Source: Candidatus Pacearchaeota archaeon | GTDB lineage: Archaea; Nanobdellota; Nanobdellia; Pacearchaeales; GW2011-AR1 | Assembly: GCA_041648455.1 (NCBI GenBank) | Contig: JBAZOZ010000001.1 | Coordinates: forward strand, 7,823 to 71,822 | Length of the DNA: 64,000 bases | Reading direction: 5' to 3' | Shown here: positions 8,764 through 19,476 of the stretch, piece by piece | Layout of the letters: each line of letters opens with the position of its first letter | How positions within the stretch are numbered: the stretch's first letter is position 1 | Translations under genes and position numbers: made by a program | Notes under the pieces: model-generated | What the model saw: only the letters and a program-made list of their open reading frames with translations | The model's database searches: none | Told to the model about the DNA's origin: nothing

Positions 8764-10230
8764 TTATCCTTGTTTTTCCCTTTTAATTCCTAAATTATAT
8801 ATTTTCTGAAGAAAAACTGGATGAGATAGATAAGTAATATGCCTCCATCTTAATGTGAACATTTTTTTAATACCAAATTGATTTGATGGTTCAAAAATTT
8901 CTAAAACTTTTCTCCAGCCAAATACATCGCTCGGTCCCAAAGATAAGATCTTAAACCAATAACTTCTCAGCACTTCTTTAGGAGTATCTAAACTTAAGGA
9001 ATAATTTTCATCGAAATCTAAAAATCTCCTGTCCTCTTCTTCAAAAATATCTTTTTTAATTAAATTATTTTTAATGGCATAATCCCATACAGGGGTATTT
9101 GGAAGAGGAGACATTTGAGCAATAACAAACCTGTCATGAATATATTTTTTTATAAATTCATAAGTATCTTTTAAATCTTCTTCTGTTTCATAAGGCATTC
9201 CAATCATAAACGCACCTAATGGTTGTATTCCATATTCTCTGCAAAGTTCTATTGCTTTAATATCATCCTGCAAGGTTATACTATCTTTAAGATATTTTAA
9301 CATTCTTTCACTTCCAGTTTCAATTCCAAAACTTACTTCAACAACATTTAATTCTTTTAACAACAAAGCTATTTCTTCATCAAAACAATTTCCTCTTCCA
9401 AATACCTTGAATTTTATTTTTCCTAATATTTTTTTCCTTTTCAATAATTCTATTATTTGCCTTAATCTTGGTTTATTCATTGAAAATAAATCATCATATA
9501 TTTGAATAATTTTGTAATGATATTTTTTATACAATATTTCTATTTCTTCGGTAACTCTTTCTGCTGAAAAAAATTTAACACACCTTCCCCAAAATTTTAC
9601 TGAACTGCAGAAAGAACAGGAATATGGGCAACCCCTACTTGTAAACATTAATCCCGTTGGTTCAAATGTATACTTGTTTGAAAACGAAGGAAAAGAATAA
9701 TAATCCATATTTAATAATTCTCTTGGTGGAATTGGCGTATCATCAAGATTTTCAATTCGTTCTCCATTGCCGGTATTATAGAATCTTCCTTTATATTCAA
9801 AAGCAAAGCCACTTATTTTTTTTAATTCATTAAAATTTATCCCATTATTTTTTTCTATATTTTCTAATAATTTTTTAAAGGTAATTTCTCCTTCTCCTAA
9901 AACTCCAATATCAAATGGTGAATTTTCAATGGTGGTTGGACAATTAGTAACATGAATTCCACCTAAAACAAATATTCCTTTAGAATAAAATTTTTTTATT
10001 TCAACAGCTAATTTTTTTACTTTCCAATGATGTGGACTTGTGGAAGAAAAACCAATAACATCTGGTTTTTCATTTAGTATTCTCTCAATTATCCTCTCCT
10101 TAGGAATTTGGTCTAAAATTTTTATATCCGCTTTCGGTATATATTTCTTAATGTAGCCTGCTATGTAAGCCAACCCCAATGGCGGAAATGGATAAAGAAG
10201 ATAATCTGGATTTATCAAAAAAACTTTCAT
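8764..10230 (-). CDS. B12-binding domain radical SAM enzyme
   Basis: N-terminal B12-binding-like fold followed by a radical SAM cluster (TSRGCPYSCSFCSS). Confidence 0.8.
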   Translation of the reverse strand: MKVFLINPDYLLYPFPPLGLAYIAGYIKKYIPKADIKILDQIPKERIIERILNEKPDVIGFSSTSPHHWKVKKLAVEIKKFYSKGIFVLGGIHVTNCPTTIENSPFDIGVLGEGEITFKKLLENIEKNNGINFNELKKISGFAFEYKGRFYNTGNGERIENLDDTPIPPRELLNMDYYSFPSFSNKYTFEPTGLMFTSRGCPYSCSFCSSVKFWGRCVKFFSAERVTEEIEILYKKYHYKIIQIYDDLFSMNKPRLRQIIELLKRKKILGKIKFKVFGRGNCFDEEIALLLKELNVVEVSFGIETGSERMLKYLKDSITLQDDIKAIELCREYGIQPLGAFMIGMPYETEEDLKDTYEFIKKYIHDRFVIAQMSPLPNTPVWDYAIKNNLIKKDIFEEEDRRFLDFDENYSLSLDTPKEVLRSYWFKILSLGPSDVFGWRKVLEIFEPSNQFGIKKMFTLRWRHITYLSHPVFLQKIYNLGIKREKQG

Positions 10231-10295
10231 AATTTTTATTTCTGAACCAAGTATTTAAGTTTTATCATATTCTTTAGTACAAAAAGATTTTTATA

Positions 10296-10904
10296 ATGAG
10301 TGTCGTTGGTTTTAAGATGGTTATAGAAAATGAATTGCAAATAGAATTCAGATATCAGTTACCAATTTTATTAAGAAAATTAGGGCTCGTAGATGTTGGT
10401 GTAGAGGTGGGTGTTCAAACTGGAGTTTATTCAGAAATAATTTTGAGATTAAGCAATTTAAAAAGATTGTATTCTATTGACTGCTGGAAGAGTTTCGAGG
10501 GATATAAAGACATTGCAAACAAAAATCAGATAAAACAATATTATTATTATCTGAAAACAATAGCGAGATTGTTTAAATTTGGAAAGAGAAGCAGAATTCT
10601 TAGAAAATTTTCAAAAGATGCTGCAAGATTGTTTAGAGGTAATTCATTAGATTTTATTTATATTGATGCTCAACATTCCTATGAAGGATGCAAAGAAGAT
10701 ATAGAATTGTGGTGGCCAAAATTAAAAAAAGGCGGAATTTTTGCAGGGCATGATTATGTTAATGGAAAACTTCTTGAAGGAGAATTTGGTGTTAAAAGAG
10801 CTGTTGATGAATTTATTAAAAAAGAAAAACAAAAATTATTTGTGGTGAATGCTAAAATAAGAAATGATTCAAAATGGCCAACATGGTATCTAGTAAAAAA
10901 TTGA
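10296..10904 (+). CDS. class I SAM-dependent methyltransferase (Methyltransf_24/TylF-like)
   Basis: VGVEVGVQTG glycine-rich motif. FIYIDAQHSYEGCKEDIELWWPKLKKGGIFAGHDY is typical of the macrocin-O-MTase/cephalosporin-hydroxylase-like fold. Confidence 0.6.
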   Translation: MSVVGFKMVIENELQIEFRYQLPILLRKLGLVDVGVEVGVQTGVYSEIILRLSNLKRLYSIDCWKSFEGYKDIANKNQIKQYYYYLKTIARLFKFGKRSRILRKFSKDAARLFRGNSLDFIYIDAQHSYEGCKEDIELWWPKLKKGGIFAGHDYVNGKLLEGEFGVKRAVDEFIKKEKQKLFVVNAKIRNDSKWPTWYLVKN

Positions 10905-11377
10905 ATCTTGATTGCGGAGAAGATTATAAACAAGGATGGATTAATTTAGACTTCAGGAAAAATGTGAATGCCGACGTTAAGCATGATCTGAATAAGTTCC
11001 CATATCCATTCAAAGAGAATTCCTTTGAGGAGATATTGTTAAAGATGATTTTAGAACATTTAGATAATCCTATAAAAGTTTTAAGAGAAGTTATAAGAAT
11101 ATCCAATGACAATGCAAAAGTAACAATAATTGTTCCACACGCATTTTCATATGCTAACAATACAGATATACAGCACAGGAGCAGATTCACAGAAAACTCT
11201 TTTGAAGAAAAATTATTAAAAGAATATGGATTGGGGGAGGGGTTGAGTTTGGTGAATAAGGAATTCTTATTTCCTGTAAATAAATGGAAAAAATATATTC
11301 TATTTAAGGGATTTTTAAAAATCTTTTTTAATGGCATCTATGATGATTTATTATTTGAATTTCAAATAAAAAAATAA
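10874..11377 (+). CDS. methyltransferase-like protein (degenerate SAM motif I)
   Basis: KLNLDCGEDYKQGWINLD...ILLKMILEHL resembles Methyltransf_11 proteins (LGCG..VD...VLEHL). Confidence 0.45.
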   Translation: MANMVSSKKLNLDCGEDYKQGWINLDFRKNVNADVKHDLNKFPYPFKENSFEEILLKMILEHLDNPIKVLREVIRISNDNAKVTIIVPHAFSYANNTDIQHRSRFTENSFEEKLLKEYGLGEGLSLVNKEFLFPVNKWKKYILFKGFLKIFFNGIYDDLLFEFQIKK

Positions 11378-11403
11378 AACTCTTCTTGAATAAAATAACA
11401 AAA

Positions 11404-11523
11404 ATGAAACAAAAATTAAGAATAAAGAAAATACAGAAATCGAAGATTTCTGTCCTTACAAAACAAGAAGTTTTGAAAGTAGGGAATTCTCTAATTCTCA
11501 TTTTTGGGAAACATAAAAAATGA
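11404..11523 (+). other. lysine-rich mini-ORF / intergenic repeat unit (39 codons); stop overlaps downstream start (ATGA)
   Basis: MKQKLRIKKIQKSKISVLTKQEVLKVGNSLILIFGKHKK. Shares the CCTTACAAAACAAGAAGTTTTGAAAGTAGG module with copies near 44430 and 44550. Confidence 0.4.
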
Positions 11524-12590
11524 GAATAGCTATATTTGAGCCATCCAGAAAATTTGTTGGTGGAGGACAGAAAGTTATTGCCAAAATAGCAGAGTATTTA
11601 TCTAAAGAGAATGACGTAGAATTATTTACACAAAGATATCCTCAAGAAGATTTAGATTTCGGAAAAACAAAAATTACATTAATAAAACCAAAAACAAGTT
11701 TCTTGGCTCCGATTGCATTTTTATTAAAAAAAGTCCGAGGATTTGATATAGTGATTCTTGGAGGATTTCCTGCAAATTTAGGGAGTATCAGAAATAAAAA
11801 TTGTGTGACCATATGTTATTCTCCAACTAGAGTGTTTTATGATTTACGGGACCATCTAATTAGAAATTCAAATTCCATAGATAAATTGAAAATTATAATA
11901 AAAAATATTTTCTTAAAGAAAATTGACTTTCTTGCTTCCCAGAAAACTAAAAAGATTTTTGCGATTAGTAAAACTAGTCAAAAAAGAATTAAAAAATATT
12001 ACAAAAGGGATTCAATGATAATTTATCCCGGCGTGGATATTAAAAAATTTAAAACCGGAAAATATGGAAATTATATTCTTAGTGTCGCCAGATTGGTTAG
12101 TGCAAAGCGCGTGGATGTGCTAGTTAAAAGTATGGATTATATAAAAAATAAAAAAATAAAAATGTATATTGTTGGTGATGGAAGGGAAAAGGAAAATATT
12201 AAAAAATTAGCATCAAGAAATTCAAATATAAAATTAATTGATTACGCAAATGATTCAGAATTAATTGAATTATATTCTAACTGTCTTGCAGTAGCATACA
12301 TACCCATAAACGAAGATTTTGGACTTGTCCCGGTTGAGGCGGGAGCATCTGGAAGAGCAACTATTGGAGCAGACGAAGGAGGATTAAGAGAAACAATCAT
12401 TAATGGAAAGACGGGATTTTTAATAAAAAAGGTGACCCCAAAAAATATAGCTGAAAAGATAGATTATTTTATAAATAATAGAAATTTTGCTAAGAAAATG
12501 GGGGAAAATGCAAGAGAGCACATAAAGAAATTTGATTGGAAAATTATATTGGAGGAATTTGATAAAAATTTAAGGAGGGTGTTTAAATAA
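11520..12590 (+). CDS. GT4 glycosyltransferase
   Basis: EDFGLVPVEAGASGRATIGADEGGLRETIINGKTGFL matches the GT4 EX7E motif region. Confidence 0.8.
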   Translation: MRIAIFEPSRKFVGGGQKVIAKIAEYLSKENDVELFTQRYPQEDLDFGKTKITLIKPKTSFLAPIAFLLKKVRGFDIVILGGFPANLGSIRNKNCVTICYSPTRVFYDLRDHLIRNSNSIDKLKIIIKNIFLKKIDFLASQKTKKIFAISKTSQKRIKKYYKRDSMIIYPGVDIKKFKTGKYGNYILSVARLVSAKRVDVLVKSMDYIKNKKIKMYIVGDGREKENIKKLASRNSNIKLIDYANDSELIELYSNCLAVAYIPINEDFGLVPVEAGASGRATIGADEGGLRETIINGKTGFLIKKVTPKNIAEKIDYFINNRNFAKKMGENAREHIKKFDWKIILEEFDKNLRRVFK

Positions 12591-12592
12591 AA

Positions 12593-13477
12593 ATGAATTA
12601 CGCAATAACCGGGCATAGAGGATTGATTGGAGAATATCTAAAAAAAAGATTGGACAGCGAAGGGCATAGGTGTGTTCTCAATATAGATCAAGATGAAGGA
12701 TTTAATGTTGTTGATTTGATGTTTAAAGAAACTAAATTAAATGATAAGATAGATATTTTCTTTCATCTGGCTGCACAATGCAAGATTAATGAATCAATAG
12801 CATCTCCAATGTTAGCACATAAAAATAATGTCGACGGAATAATTGCGGTTTTGGAATTTTGTAGAAAGCATAATATACCCAAAATAGTTGTTGCTTCTAC
12901 ATCTAGAGTTTTATCTCCTGAAAGAAATCCTTATGTTGCAAGCAAGATTTACGTCGAAGAATTGACAAAAGCTTACAGCGATTGTTATGGAATAAAATAT
13001 CTCATTGTCAGACCATCTACAGTTTATGGGCCGATGTTTGACAAGACAAGTAGATTAATGAATAATTTTATCACTGCTGCATTTAAAGGAGAAGACTTGT
13101 TAATTTATGGTGATGAAACTAAAACACTAGATTTTACCTATATTGATGATTTCGTAGAAGGAATAATGATTGCAATTAAAAATGATTGGAACAGAGAATA
13201 TAATATTAGTGGAGAACAAGAAGAATTAGTATTAAATGTAGCAGAAAAAATAATAAAAGAAATTGGAAGCGAGAGTGAAATAAGATTCCTTCCTCCAGAA
13301 AGAGCGCAACCGCAAAAAGTAAGTATAGATATTTCTGCTCTAAAAAAAATTGGATATTTCCCGAAGATAAATATAGGGGAAGGAATTAAAAAGATGATTA
13401 ATTGGTATAAAAATAATCCTAAAGCAATTGAAATGTATGAAGATAAGGGAATGAAATATTACAACGGGGGGGAATAA
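12593..13477 (+). CDS. NAD-dependent sugar epimerase/dehydratase (extended SDR)
   Basis: ITGHRGLIGEYL glycine-rich NAD motif. YVASK catalytic YxxxK. Confidence 0.75.
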   Translation: MNYAITGHRGLIGEYLKKRLDSEGHRCVLNIDQDEGFNVVDLMFKETKLNDKIDIFFHLAAQCKINESIASPMLAHKNNVDGIIAVLEFCRKHNIPKIVVASTSRVLSPERNPYVASKIYVEELTKAYSDCYGIKYLIVRPSTVYGPMFDKTSRLMNNFITAAFKGEDLLIYGDETKTLDFTYIDDFVEGIMIAIKNDWNREYNISGEQEELVLNVAEKIIKEIGSESEIRFLPPERAQPQKVSIDISALKKIGYFPKINIGEGIKKMINWYKNNPKAIEMYEDKGMKYYNGGE

Positions 13478-13481
13478 TTTC

Positions 13482-14294
13482 CTATTTCCTTTTTATTTTT
13501 TCAAAATCTTTAGTCATCTTTTTTAATCTTTCTTCAAAAGACATTGCAGGATAATGTTGAATAATTGGATTTGGGTGTTCATCTAATTTAATTAAACTAT
13601 CCCATTTTAAATCAAGCCATTTAACTTTTTTTAGATTATGTTTATATTTTTTATCTTGTGAAAAGTTCTCTTGTGATTTTTTCTTCAGTCTTGATCTGTT
13701 GTTTATTTTGAAAAAATATTTTACCTTGCTTAAAATCTTAGTTGCAATATTTTTTAATTTGAGTCTATATAAGATTCCTGAAATAAATAGTTTCCAAGGA
13801 CGATAATCAATTATATCTTTAAAACCTAAAAGCTCGTCGACGGCTGCATTTTCCCACCAATTGTGATAGGTATATTTCTTAAGATTCCACGTATCTTTTA
13901 AGAATTTTTTAGACCATTCGCTGTTTCTGATTAAAAATGCTCCAGTTAACGGAATATCAAATCCCGGGTAATTCGTTTTTACAAGATAAAAATCCTTGTC
14001 TGGTTCTATCTCTTGCCGAATATCCTCGTCAAATCTAAAAAATAATGTATCTGAATCTATCCAATATATAAAATCATATTTTTTTGGGTCGTTCAATAAT
14101 CTTTGTGTGATTAATATTTTATTCCAGGCCGGAGGTCTGTTTGATTTTATCTCGTTAAAAAGTCTGATATCAAAACCATATTTTTTGGCATACTTTTTCA
14201 TACCAATCAAAGAAAGTTTTCCTATTTTCTCAAAATTCTTATCAAAATGTGTAGTTATACAAACAGAATATTCCTTATAAGAATGTTTTTTCAT
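13482..14294 (-). CDS. GT-A fold nucleotide-sugar transferase, GT34 (Mnn10/GMA12)-like
   Basis: RPPAWNKILITQRLLNDPKKYDFIYWIDSDTLF parallels the GT34 'P.AWaKl..ir.a....e.eWiwWlDsDali' block. Confidence 0.45.
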   Translation of the reverse strand: MKKHSYKEYSVCITTHFDKNFEKIGKLSLIGMKKYAKKYGFDIRLFNEIKSNRPPAWNKILITQRLLNDPKKYDFIYWIDSDTLFFRFDEDIRQEIEPDKDFYLVKTNYPGFDIPLTGAFLIRNSEWSKKFLKDTWNLKKYTYHNWWENAAVDELLGFKDIIDYRPWKLFISGILYRLKLKNIATKILSKVKYFFKINNRSRLKKKSQENFSQDKKYKHNLKKVKWLDLKWDSLIKLDEHPNPIIQHYPAMSFEERLKKMTKDFEKIKRK

Positions 14295-14386
14295 AATTTG
14301 GAATGAATGACTTCTCTTTTAAATATAATGGTAAATGCAATTATCGGATATAAATATATTTAAAGAGAAAAATAAACGATAAGAAT

Positions 14387-15940
14387 ATGGTGAAATCACT
14401 TGAAAAAGAAGATATAATTTCTCTTAAAAATGAAAAAGAAGCTGAAAATAATTTGAAAAAAATAAGTAAGAAAATTTTATTTATTTATCGAGCAGAGGAT
14501 AGAGAGTCCTTGGGTATAGAATATCTTTCTTCAGTTCTTAAGAGTTCTGGACATAAAACAGACCTCCTTATTTATTATGAGAAAAATAATTTTAGAAATA
14601 GATTGATTAAAAGAATTAAGTATTTTAATCCAGATTTTATTTGTTTTTCAGTTGTAACGGATAATTATCATTGGGCTTCTGAAATAGCTAAACTTGTTAA
14701 AAAAAATACAGAAACACCGATTGTCTTCGGAGGAATACAGGTAACTTCTTGCCCTGAAGAAGTGATAAACAGAGATTTTGTTGATTTTATTGTCATAGGA
14801 GATGGAGAATATGCTCTCTTAGAATTAGTTGAAAATCCGAAAAAAGAAAATATAAAAAATGTCTGGCTAAAAAAAAATGGAAAGATAATTAAAAACCCAT
14901 TAAGACCCTTAGTTGATTTGAATTCTCTACCTTTTCCAGATAAAGAACTTTTTTATAAAGAAGCTCCTTACCTCAAACACCAATATATGTGTATGACTAG
15001 CATAGGATGTCCATTTAATTGTTCTTTCTGTTTTAACTGCCATTTAAAAGAATTATATAAAAATCAAAAATGGTTTAGGAGATTAAATGTTGAAAGAATT
15101 ATTAACCAATTAAAAATAGCCAAAAAAAAGTTTAATTATTCTAGTATAAGATTTGATGATGATTGTTTTACTGCAAATAAAGAATGGCTAAAAGAATTTC
15201 TGAAAGAATATATAAAAGAGATAAATGTCCCGTTTAATATGGCCTCTCATTCTATTTTTATCGATGAGGAAATAGCTTCTTTGCTTAAAAAAGCAGGGTG
15301 TTTAGAAATAGAAATTGGTGTTCAGTCGCCAATAGAAAGAATAAGAAAAGATATATGCAAAAGAAACGATAGTAACGAATTAATTATAAATGCTGTAAAA
15401 AAAATAAAAAAACAGGGATTAGAACTTAACATAGACCATATTTTTTGTCTCCCGAGTGAGAAAATAAGCGATTATCAAGAAGGGGGTGGGTTAGATTTTT
15501 ATATAAATTTAAGACCGACCAGAATGACCAACCATATATTGCAATATTATCCAAATACAGAAATGGTTGAAATTGGGAAAAAATATGGAGAAATAACAGA
15601 AGAAGATGTGAAAGAAATCATAAGGGGGGATTATAAAAATACAACATTTAATATGTATAAGATTGACCCAAAAAAAGTCAGAAAGATTGATGAAAGATTA
15701 ATCGCTATTTCTAATTTTTTATGCTGGACTCCAATATTGCCTTTAAGTTTTAACAAATTTATACTTAAAAGAAAATTATATTTTAAACTATTTAATAGCC
15801 AAGTATTTAAAACATTAAATAAATTAACTTTAATAATTCCTTATTTTTATTCATTGGAATTAATGAGATATTTTTGGTTTTCTAGAAAATCTAGAATGTT
15901 ATTCCATGTTTGCAGAATAAGAGCAAGGAATGAGAGATAG
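14387..15940 (+). CDS. B12-binding domain radical SAM enzyme
   Basis: B12-like N-terminal domain (FICFSVVTD..FGGIQVT). Radical SAM cluster (TSIGCPFNCSFCFNCH). Confidence 0.8.
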   Translation: MVKSLEKEDIISLKNEKEAENNLKKISKKILFIYRAEDRESLGIEYLSSVLKSSGHKTDLLIYYEKNNFRNRLIKRIKYFNPDFICFSVVTDNYHWASEIAKLVKKNTETPIVFGGIQVTSCPEEVINRDFVDFIVIGDGEYALLELVENPKKENIKNVWLKKNGKIIKNPLRPLVDLNSLPFPDKELFYKEAPYLKHQYMCMTSIGCPFNCSFCFNCHLKELYKNQKWFRRLNVERIINQLKIAKKKFNYSSIRFDDDCFTANKEWLKEFLKEYIKEINVPFNMASHSIFIDEEIASLLKKAGCLEIEIGVQSPIERIRKDICKRNDSNELIINAVKKIKKQGLELNIDHIFCLPSEKISDYQEGGGLDFYINLRPTRMTNHILQYYPNTEMVEIGKKYGEITEEDVKEIIRGDYKNTTFNMYKIDPKKVRKIDERLIAISNFLCWTPILPLSFNKFILKRKLYFKLFNSQVFKTLNKLTLIIPYFYSLELMRYFWFSRKSRMLFHVCRIRARNER

Positions 15941-15949
15941 ATTAAAATT

Positions 15950-16627
15950 TTGACGAAAAATTATTCCATAAGTTATATAAATAAAATTAGGGGAATATTA
16001 AGAATGGTATATATTACACACAAGAATAAGGAAATCTTAAGATTGATTAAAAAGTATAATAAAGAAGAAGAGATTAAAATTTTAGATGTTGGGGCAGGAG
16101 AAAAGCCGTTGGAGAAATTTCTTCCTGAGAATATAAAATATTCCTCGCTGGACATTGATCCTAAAAGAAATCCGGATATTGTTGCAAATCTGGAAAAGAA
16201 ACTTCCAATAAAGGATAGGAGTTATGATTTTGTTATCGCCAGCGAAGTCTTAGAACATACAATTTATCCAAAAAAAATCGTCAAAGAATTAAAGAGAATA
16301 ACAAAAAATGGCGGTTTTATAATAATCAGCATGCCAAATGAATATAATCTTTATCTGAGATTAAAATTTTTTTTAGGAATACAAAATAATACAGAGATTC
16401 CCTTTAGAGAAGATTTGTATCGAAATCACATACATAAGGCAAGGGTTAAGGATTTATTAAAATTTTATAAAGAAGAATTTAATGTGAATGAAATCGTTTA
16501 TTCTTGGGATAGTTTTTCCGATAGAAAATTCTTACAGAAAATAGACAGAATTATATACCATTTTTTAATGCCCGTTTCGAAGAATTTATTTTCTAGGAGT
16601 GTAATTATGATTGGAAAAAATGATTAA
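15950..16627 (+). CDS. class I SAM-dependent methyltransferase (true start possibly Met at 16004)
   Basis: ILDVGAGEKP motif I. DFVIASEVLEHT and ITKNGGFIIISMPN. Confidence 0.7.
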   Translation: MTKNYSISYINKIRGILRMVYITHKNKEILRLIKKYNKEEEIKILDVGAGEKPLEKFLPENIKYSSLDIDPKRNPDIVANLEKKLPIKDRSYDFVIASEVLEHTIYPKKIVKELKRITKNGGFIIISMPNEYNLYLRLKFFLGIQNNTEIPFREDLYRNHIHKARVKDLLKFYKEEFNVNEIVYSWDSFSDRKFLQKIDRIIYHFLMPVSKNLFSRSVIMIGKND

Positions 16628-18155
16628 ATCTCTTGAAATTCAAAATACTCCTTAAAACAACAAAATCATTTTTATCCAAACAATTAGTAATGAGGATTAA
16701 TAAAATATACACTGATAAAAATAAGAACCCCAATAAGAACATGCTTAGAAAATTAATAAGAATTATCTTTCTAGAGTAAAATAAAAGTATCGTAGGTATT
16801 AATGAGATAAATAAGATTTTAAACATTTTTCTTCTTATTGGAATAATCGAAAGATAATATTTAGTCTCAATTATTAGTGCTAGGCCCAATAAAACTTGTG
16901 TTATTGTTGCAGACATGGCTGCCCCAGTTATTCCATATCTTGGGACCAGAAAAATGTTTAACAAAAAATTAAGTATCGCAGCAAAAATAATATTTATCAT
17001 AATTAATTTTGATTTTCCTTTCATGGATAAAAGGTTATCTGAGATGTAAATTGTTGAACATGCAATAAATGTGCCTACAGATAATATTCTCAGAGCTGTC
17101 TCTGCAATAATATATTCCTTACCGAACAATAAGTTAATAATTGCTCCTGGAAAGAAAAAGAGAATTATGAAAAGAGGTAGATTGAGGATAAATATCCATT
17201 TTCCAAGTTGTTTGCTTAATTCTTTAATCACATTCAAATTCTTTTTTGAATATTCTCTAGTTATTAATGGGAAGAATAATTGAATAAAAAGTTCTGGGAA
17301 AAAACCCAATAAAGAAGCTAATGGAACCGCGGCATTATAAAATCCAACCTCTAATGCACCTTTAAAATACCCTATGGAAAAAGAACCTATCCAGAAAAAA
17401 ATAGTGTTAACTACTCCAAAAAACATTATTGGCCAAGAATAGACTAAAAAATCTCTTCTTAGTATTAACTTATTTTTCTTTTTTAATTTACTTTTTTTAA
17501 AGATTGTTGGAAAACTAATTCTGCAGAAAATATAAGACGCAACCAACATTCCCAAAATCCCAATGGAATAAGAATAAGAAATAGAGTTCAGACTAAAACC
17601 CAGATAAATTAAAACCAGAAGAGAAATTGGCTTTAGAATATTTTGAAGTATATTGAGTATAAAAGAATACCAAGAAATTTTTTCGTATGCCCGAATAATG
17701 GATAAAAAGAAAGTTGAGAAGATAAATAATGGAATTATAAAACTAAAAATTTTAAGAAATGGTACTAGATTTGAATTGTCAAAAATTTTCGAAGAAATTA
17801 TATCTGCCAATGAAAATAATATTATAGAGGCAAAAATACTTGAGACCAACAAAAATTTTATTGAAAAAGAAACTAAATATTTTATCTTTTGTGTATTTCT
17901 CTCTCCACGATACAAGGAGACAAATCTTAAAATTCCCCTGTCAAACCCAAGCATAGGAAAAAGAGTAAAGATAATAAATATTGCGAGAGCTAAAGAGAAA
18001 ACTCCATAAATTTCTGGCCCAAAAAATCTAGCGATAATAAAACGATAAACATAAAAAAGAACCTTAGAAAGGAAGAGTCCAATAAATACAACGATAGAAG
18101 ATTTTACCAATAATTTTAGCCCCTGATTCAAATCTTCTTCTTTTGTTTCTTCCAT
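16605..18155 (-). CDS. oligosaccharide/polysaccharide flippase (Wzx-like, MOP superfamily)
   Basis: 516 aa with about 14 TM helices. N-terminal LLVKSSIVVFIGLFLSKVLFYVYRFIIARFFGPEIYG is typical of polysaccharide biosynthesis protein families. Confidence 0.65.
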   Translation of the reverse strand: MEETKEEDLNQGLKLLVKSSIVVFIGLFLSKVLFYVYRFIIARFFGPEIYGVFSLALAIFIIFTLFPMLGFDRGILRFVSLYRGERNTQKIKYLVSFSIKFLLVSSIFASIILFSLADIISSKIFDNSNLVPFLKIFSFIIPLFIFSTFFLSIIRAYEKISWYSFILNILQNILKPISLLVLIYLGFSLNSISYSYSIGILGMLVASYIFCRISFPTIFKKSKLKKKNKLILRRDFLVYSWPIMFFGVVNTIFFWIGSFSIGYFKGALEVGFYNAAVPLASLLGFFPELFIQLFFPLITREYSKKNLNVIKELSKQLGKWIFILNLPLFIILFFFPGAIINLLFGKEYIIAETALRILSVGTFIACSTIYISDNLLSMKGKSKLIMINIIFAAILNFLLNIFLVPRYGITGAAMSATITQVLLGLALIIETKYYLSIIPIRRKMFKILFISLIPTILLFYSRKIILINFLSMFLLGFLFLSVYILLILITNCLDKNDFVVLRSILNFKRFNHFFQS

Positions 18156-18158
18156 AGT

Positions 18159-19415
18159 TTAATAACCATCAACACTAGCAATCCATTCTCCTTTCTTATC
18201 TTTAATAGCAGAAATATGATGCATGCCCCGTTTATTCCATTTTTCACATCCCTTTAAAATTGGTTTATTGCCTATTCTCTTTTCTTCATAATCTTCTTTT
18301 GTTAATTTTGTTATCTCAAAGGCCCATACCTGATTTCCATAATTGGATTCATCGTCTTGGGCAAATCTAATAATTTCTTTATTATAAAAGACTACATTTC
18401 CAGCGGGTCTGGCAATTGATGAATCTCCGTCGACAATTGGGCTTTTTTTATGTTCTTTCCATGGACCTAAAGGAGTGTCGGAATAATATAATTTTAAAAC
18501 AGAATTGTTTTTTGTTTCTGTAAAAAGCCACCATAAATTAGCATAATAGAAAATTGTTGAGTCCATAAATTCTTTTCCATGAAGAATTTCTTTTACAAAA
18601 TCCCATTGATATGGGAATTCTCTTGCTTTGTAAAGCCGAAGGGATTTGATTTTACCTGTCTCAGGCAACATATAATATTCTTCCTTCCATTTAAAAACAT
18701 GGGGATAAGATAAATGAAATTTTTCTTTCAAGATAATCTTTTCATAACTCCAGTTAACAGCGTCTACGCTTGTGGCCAGAGCAATTTCTCCCTTTTCTGT
18801 CTTAGAATTAAATGCTTCAAAAAAAAGATAATATTTTTCTTTTTCTTGTATGAGAAACGGATCTGCTACGAATTTTGCATTAATGTCATTTACTTCCTTG
18901 AAAGAAATGACCGGATTCGAAGTTCCATTTCCAGTTAGAGTTAACGGAGATTTGGATTTGTATATTCCAATGGACCATTTATTTGGACAAATTTTCTCGA
19001 GTTCATAACTTTTCCATAAAATAAATAATCCAAAAAGACATGAAAAAGAAAAGATAAAAATAGATATTAAAATACTAACCGAATATAAAATTCCGGCAAA
19101 AGCAAACGAAGAAGAAATTAAAATTAAAATTAAAATTACCTCAAATAAATTTACCTTTGATGAAAAAAATCCTTTCTTCTCGTAAAAAGAATATCTCCTA
19201 TATATTAAAAAGATAAAGAAGACAATTAAAAGAATAGAAAGGTTAATCAACAGAATAAGATAAATCAACTTCATCTGATCCAATGAAATAATATATTTAT
19301 TTGCAAAAATTAACACCAAAACCAAGATTATAAATAGAAATATTAGAAAAAATATTCCCTTCTTTCTACTTATATAAAAATTTCGGTTCTCCACAAAAAA
19401 GTAGATTAACCCCAT
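18159..19415 (-). CDS. membrane-anchored beta-propeller glycoside-hydrolase-like protein (GH43/GH130 clan-like)
   Basis: N-terminal TM helices. Then ADPFLIQEKEKYYLFFEAF...SVDAVNWS...WWLFTE, resembling 5-bladed propeller glycosidase/phosphorylase blades. Confidence 0.4.
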   Translation of the reverse strand: MGLIYFFVENRNFYISRKKGIFFLIFLFIILVLVLIFANKYIISLDQMKLIYLILLINLSILLIVFFIFLIYRRYSFYEKKGFFSSKVNLFEVILILILISSSFAFAGILYSVSILISIFIFSFSCLFGLFILWKSYELEKICPNKWSIGIYKSKSPLTLTGNGTSNPVISFKEVNDINAKFVADPFLIQEKEKYYLFFEAFNSKTEKGEIALATSVDAVNWSYEKIILKEKFHLSYPHVFKWKEEYYMLPETGKIKSLRLYKAREFPYQWDFVKEILHGKEFMDSTIFYYANLWWLFTETKNNSVLKLYYSDTPLGPWKEHKKSPIVDGDSSIARPAGNVVFYNKEIIRFAQDDESNYGNQVWAFEITKLTKEDYEEKRIGNKPILKGCEKWNKRGMHHISAIKDKKGEWIASVDGY

Positions 19416-19476
19416 TATTTAAATTTATTTAAGGAAAACTACATAAATTTATAAGAAACATAAACCTCCAAAAAAT

